NCBI GenBank assembly: GCA_947501605.1
Contig: CANMWZ010000037.1
Location: 1 to 46,411 of the forward strand
From: Planctomycetota bacterium
GTDB taxonomy: Bacteria > Planctomycetota > UBA1135 > UBA2386
Direction of reading: 5' to 3'
Length of the DNA: 46,411 nt
Position numbers and translations under genes: made by a program. Under the pieces are notes generated by a model. That model searched no databases. It was not told the DNA's origin and saw only the letters and a program-made list of their open reading frames with translations. Positions 44,376 through 46,411 of this stretch are shown here, one piece after another (the first letter of the stretch is position 1; each line of letters opens with the position of its first letter).

Positions 44376-45895
44376 CCGTCCTCCCGTCGAGGTCCGTAGC
44401 GGAGCGAGGCACCGGCCAGCTCGCGATTGCCTGCAATCTTCGCACTCTGCTCGGAGTCACCACAGCGAATCGTCTGACGCGCCACGGTGTGCGCGCCGTG
44501 CTCCCGTGAGACTTCGATGACGACCGTATAGTCACCGGCGGGCACTGCCATCCCGAGGTCATCGCGCCCCCCCCACGCAAGGCGATACTCACCGGGTCCA
44601 CGTGATGCGCGACCGATCGCGTCGACGCGGTCGCTTGCCGAAAGGTCGGTCTTCCACCAGTTGGTCAGCTCACTGACCCAGCGACGATTGCGGCCCCAAA
44701 CAGCGAGCGTCGTCACGTGCTCTCCGGCTGCATTCTCGACCCAAACCGCTGTGTACGGCCGCTCGTACCGCCGCGCGTCCATCTTGGGCAGTTCGAGCGT
44801 GATCTCCAGCTCCTGGCCGTTTTGGAACACGCTCGCCGCGGCACCTCCGGTCGCCTCGACGGCACTCAGGAGCAACTCCTGGAAACCGCGCGTCACGTGC
44901 CGCTTGCCATCCTTGTCGAGGATCAGGCAGTCGATACCGGCAGTGGTTCGCGCCATCGCCATCGACTCCGTTGGCGCGAGGACGCAGAACGCCGTCGCCA
45001 GCGCGTCGGCGGTCGCCGCGTCGGCGGCGAGCACGGTCGCCTGCAGCGCACCTGTCGCCGGTTGCCCGAAGCCCGGATCTAGGATGTGCGAGTGGTGCTT
45101 GCCCGCGAGTTCGAAACCGCGGGCGTAGCCGCCACTGGTGGCGGCCGCACGGGCGCCGAGCGCAACTCGCAGCATCACCCGCCGATTGTCTTGGGGCTGC
45201 TTTGGGTCGGCGATACCAAGTTGCCACTTCTGGCCCTCACTGGGCGCGCCGAAGGCCAGCTGGTCCCCACCGATGTCGAGCAGGGCCGCCACCACATCCG
45301 GGCAGGCCTTTCGCGCACTGGCGATCGCGGCATCGAGAATCGCACCCTTGGCAACGCCATCGAGCAGGAGATGCAGCGAGCCCTTCGGCACGATCGAGCC
45401 CGCCGCGACCTCGATGGTGAAGCCCGAACTTCGCATCGCCGCCAGTTCTTGGTCCAGAGCGGCGCTCGCGGGCGGCTTGCCCGAGGCGACCGCCTCGCGC
45501 CACAACCGCGAGACGCCGCCAATGCGAACGTCGAAGGCGCCGCGGGTGTCGAGCCGCAGCAACTCGGCGCGCTGCAGCAGACCAATCAGCTCCGGCGGGG
45601 CCTTTGTGACCGTCTCCCCCCGGCGCAGCGCGGCAACCGGAGTGTCTTCGCGCCAGTTCGAAAAGACTGCGTCGAGACATTCGACCTCGAGCAGCACCGC
45701 CGCCAGAAAGGCGTTCGCGCGCGCCGCGTCGGCGCGCACCGCCAAGTCCAGGGACGTACCGATCACGTGGTCGCGGTGCAGCCGCACCAGATCCTGCGAT
45801 CGAGGACCCGGGGGCGCGGCGCGATCCTGGGCGCGGGTCGACGGCCCCAGGACGGCGGCGAGAAGGCAGCAGAGGAGTAGCTTCGGGATGCACAT
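44372..45895 (-). CDS. apbE: FAD:protein FMN transferase (ApbE) fused to a C-terminal DUF2271 domain
   Basis: ApbE motifs IGT, GAFDVRIG, DGVAKG, DIGGD, ATSGGY, HSHILDP, ADALATA; DUF2271 motifs RPYTAVWVE, WxxELxxW, IEVSREHG. Confidence 0.88.
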   Translation of the reverse strand: MCIPKLLLCCLLAAVLGPSTRAQDRAAPPGPRSQDLVRLHRDHVIGTSLDLAVRADAARANAFLAAVLLEVECLDAVFSNWREDTPVAALRRGETVTKAPPELIGLLQRAELLRLDTRGAFDVRIGGVSRLWREAVASGKPPASAALDQELAAMRSSGFTIEVAAGSIVPKGSLHLLLDGVAKGAILDAAIASARKACPDVVAALLDIGGDQLAFGAPSEGQKWQLGIADPKQPQDNRRVMLRVALGARAAATSGGYARGFELAGKHHSHILDPGFGQPATGALQATVLAADAATADALATAFCVLAPTESMAMARTTAGIDCLILDKDGKRHVTRGFQELLLSAVEATGGAAASVFQNGQELEITLELPKMDARRYERPYTAVWVENAAGEHVTTLAVWGRNRRWVSELTNWWKTDLSASDRVDAIGRASRGPGEYRLAWGGRDDLGMAVPAGDYTVVIEVSREHGAHTVARQTIRCGDSEQSAKIAGNRELAGASLRYGPRREDG

Positions 45896-46107
45896 GCAGA
45901 CGCGGAGGCTAGAAGTGGTGTCGCAAGGCGCCAGCGGCGGCAGGCGACACGTCGGCCGATGGCGTCGTCGCGAACACCCCGCAGAATCCTCGGATTCCGC
46001 GGCGAGTGCGCACTTTGCCCAGAACCGCCGTTGCTCGAACTCACTCGCCGGCCAGTTGGGAACCCACTCTTACCGTCTGTCGCCGTCCCGATTCGTCGCA
46101 AGCTCGT

Positions 46108-46158
46108 CATCCCTGTCGCCTTCGCATCCCTGTCGCCTTCGCATCCCTGTCGCCTTCG
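46108..46158. repeat. 17-bp tandem repeat, 3 exact copies, in a divergent intergenic region
   Basis: CATCCCTGTCGCCTTCG at 46108, 46125 and 46142. Confidence 0.95.
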
Positions 46159-46297
46159 CCGCACCGTCGTCGCCAGTCCGCGCGGTCATGAGCATCCCCG
46201 CCGGTGCAAGTACGTGCTGTTCCCACCTCCCGCGCACTCGTCTGCACCGCTGCCTTGCCACAGCGGACGCAACGCGTAACGTGTTCGCCCCCCGTCC

Positions 46298-46411
46298 ATG
46301 GCCGAACTGACGCACGAGATCGCACGCCGGCGCACGTTCGCGATCATCTCCCACCCAGACGCCGGCAAGACCACCCTCACCGAGAAGCTGCTGCTCTACG
46401 GCGGAGCGATT
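46298..46411 (+). CDS. prfC: Peptide chain release factor 3 (5' fragment)
   Basis: [38 protein letters not shown]; not in the ORF track because it is truncated by the window edge. Confidence 0.95.
   Translation, partial: MAELTHEIARRRTFAIISHPDAGKTTLTEKLLLYGGAI

Overview
GC-rich bacterial chromosomal segment, most likely from a Planctomycetota/PVC genome. The clues are the L28 'RRGLAKKQGGVG' insert, a DUF1501-like Tat protein and many secreted proteins with FG-GAP, propeller or S8 domains; the taxonomy is an inference. Housekeeping genes (pyrC, thrS, rpmB, lgt, partial prfC, tRNA-Arg-TCT, enoyl-CoA hydratase and 3-hydroxyacyl-CoA dehydrogenase) are interleaved with envelope and accessory loci. 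These include a BlaI/BlaR1(M56) operon with a visible double ACTAC-N4-GTAGT operator, and an operon encoding a Tat DUF1501-like protein, a 10-CxxCH cytochrome/beta-propeller fusion and a protein with ten EF-hand-like loops. There is also a PafA-like phosphatase, an isolated eboA-eboB pair, an S8 protease with an apparent Glu-His-Ser triad, and an ApbE-DUF2271/PepSY flavinylation module next to an alginate-export-type porin. Window-wide patterns are -10-like TANNNT hexamers 7-12 nt upstream of many start codons (leaderless or short-leader mRNAs), four short 16-20 bp tandem arrays at gene ends, and a C-terminal domain shared by two unrelated secreted proteins. I saw no CRISPR array, transposase, integrase or rRNA. 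All family calls come from motif recognition by eye; no database search was run.
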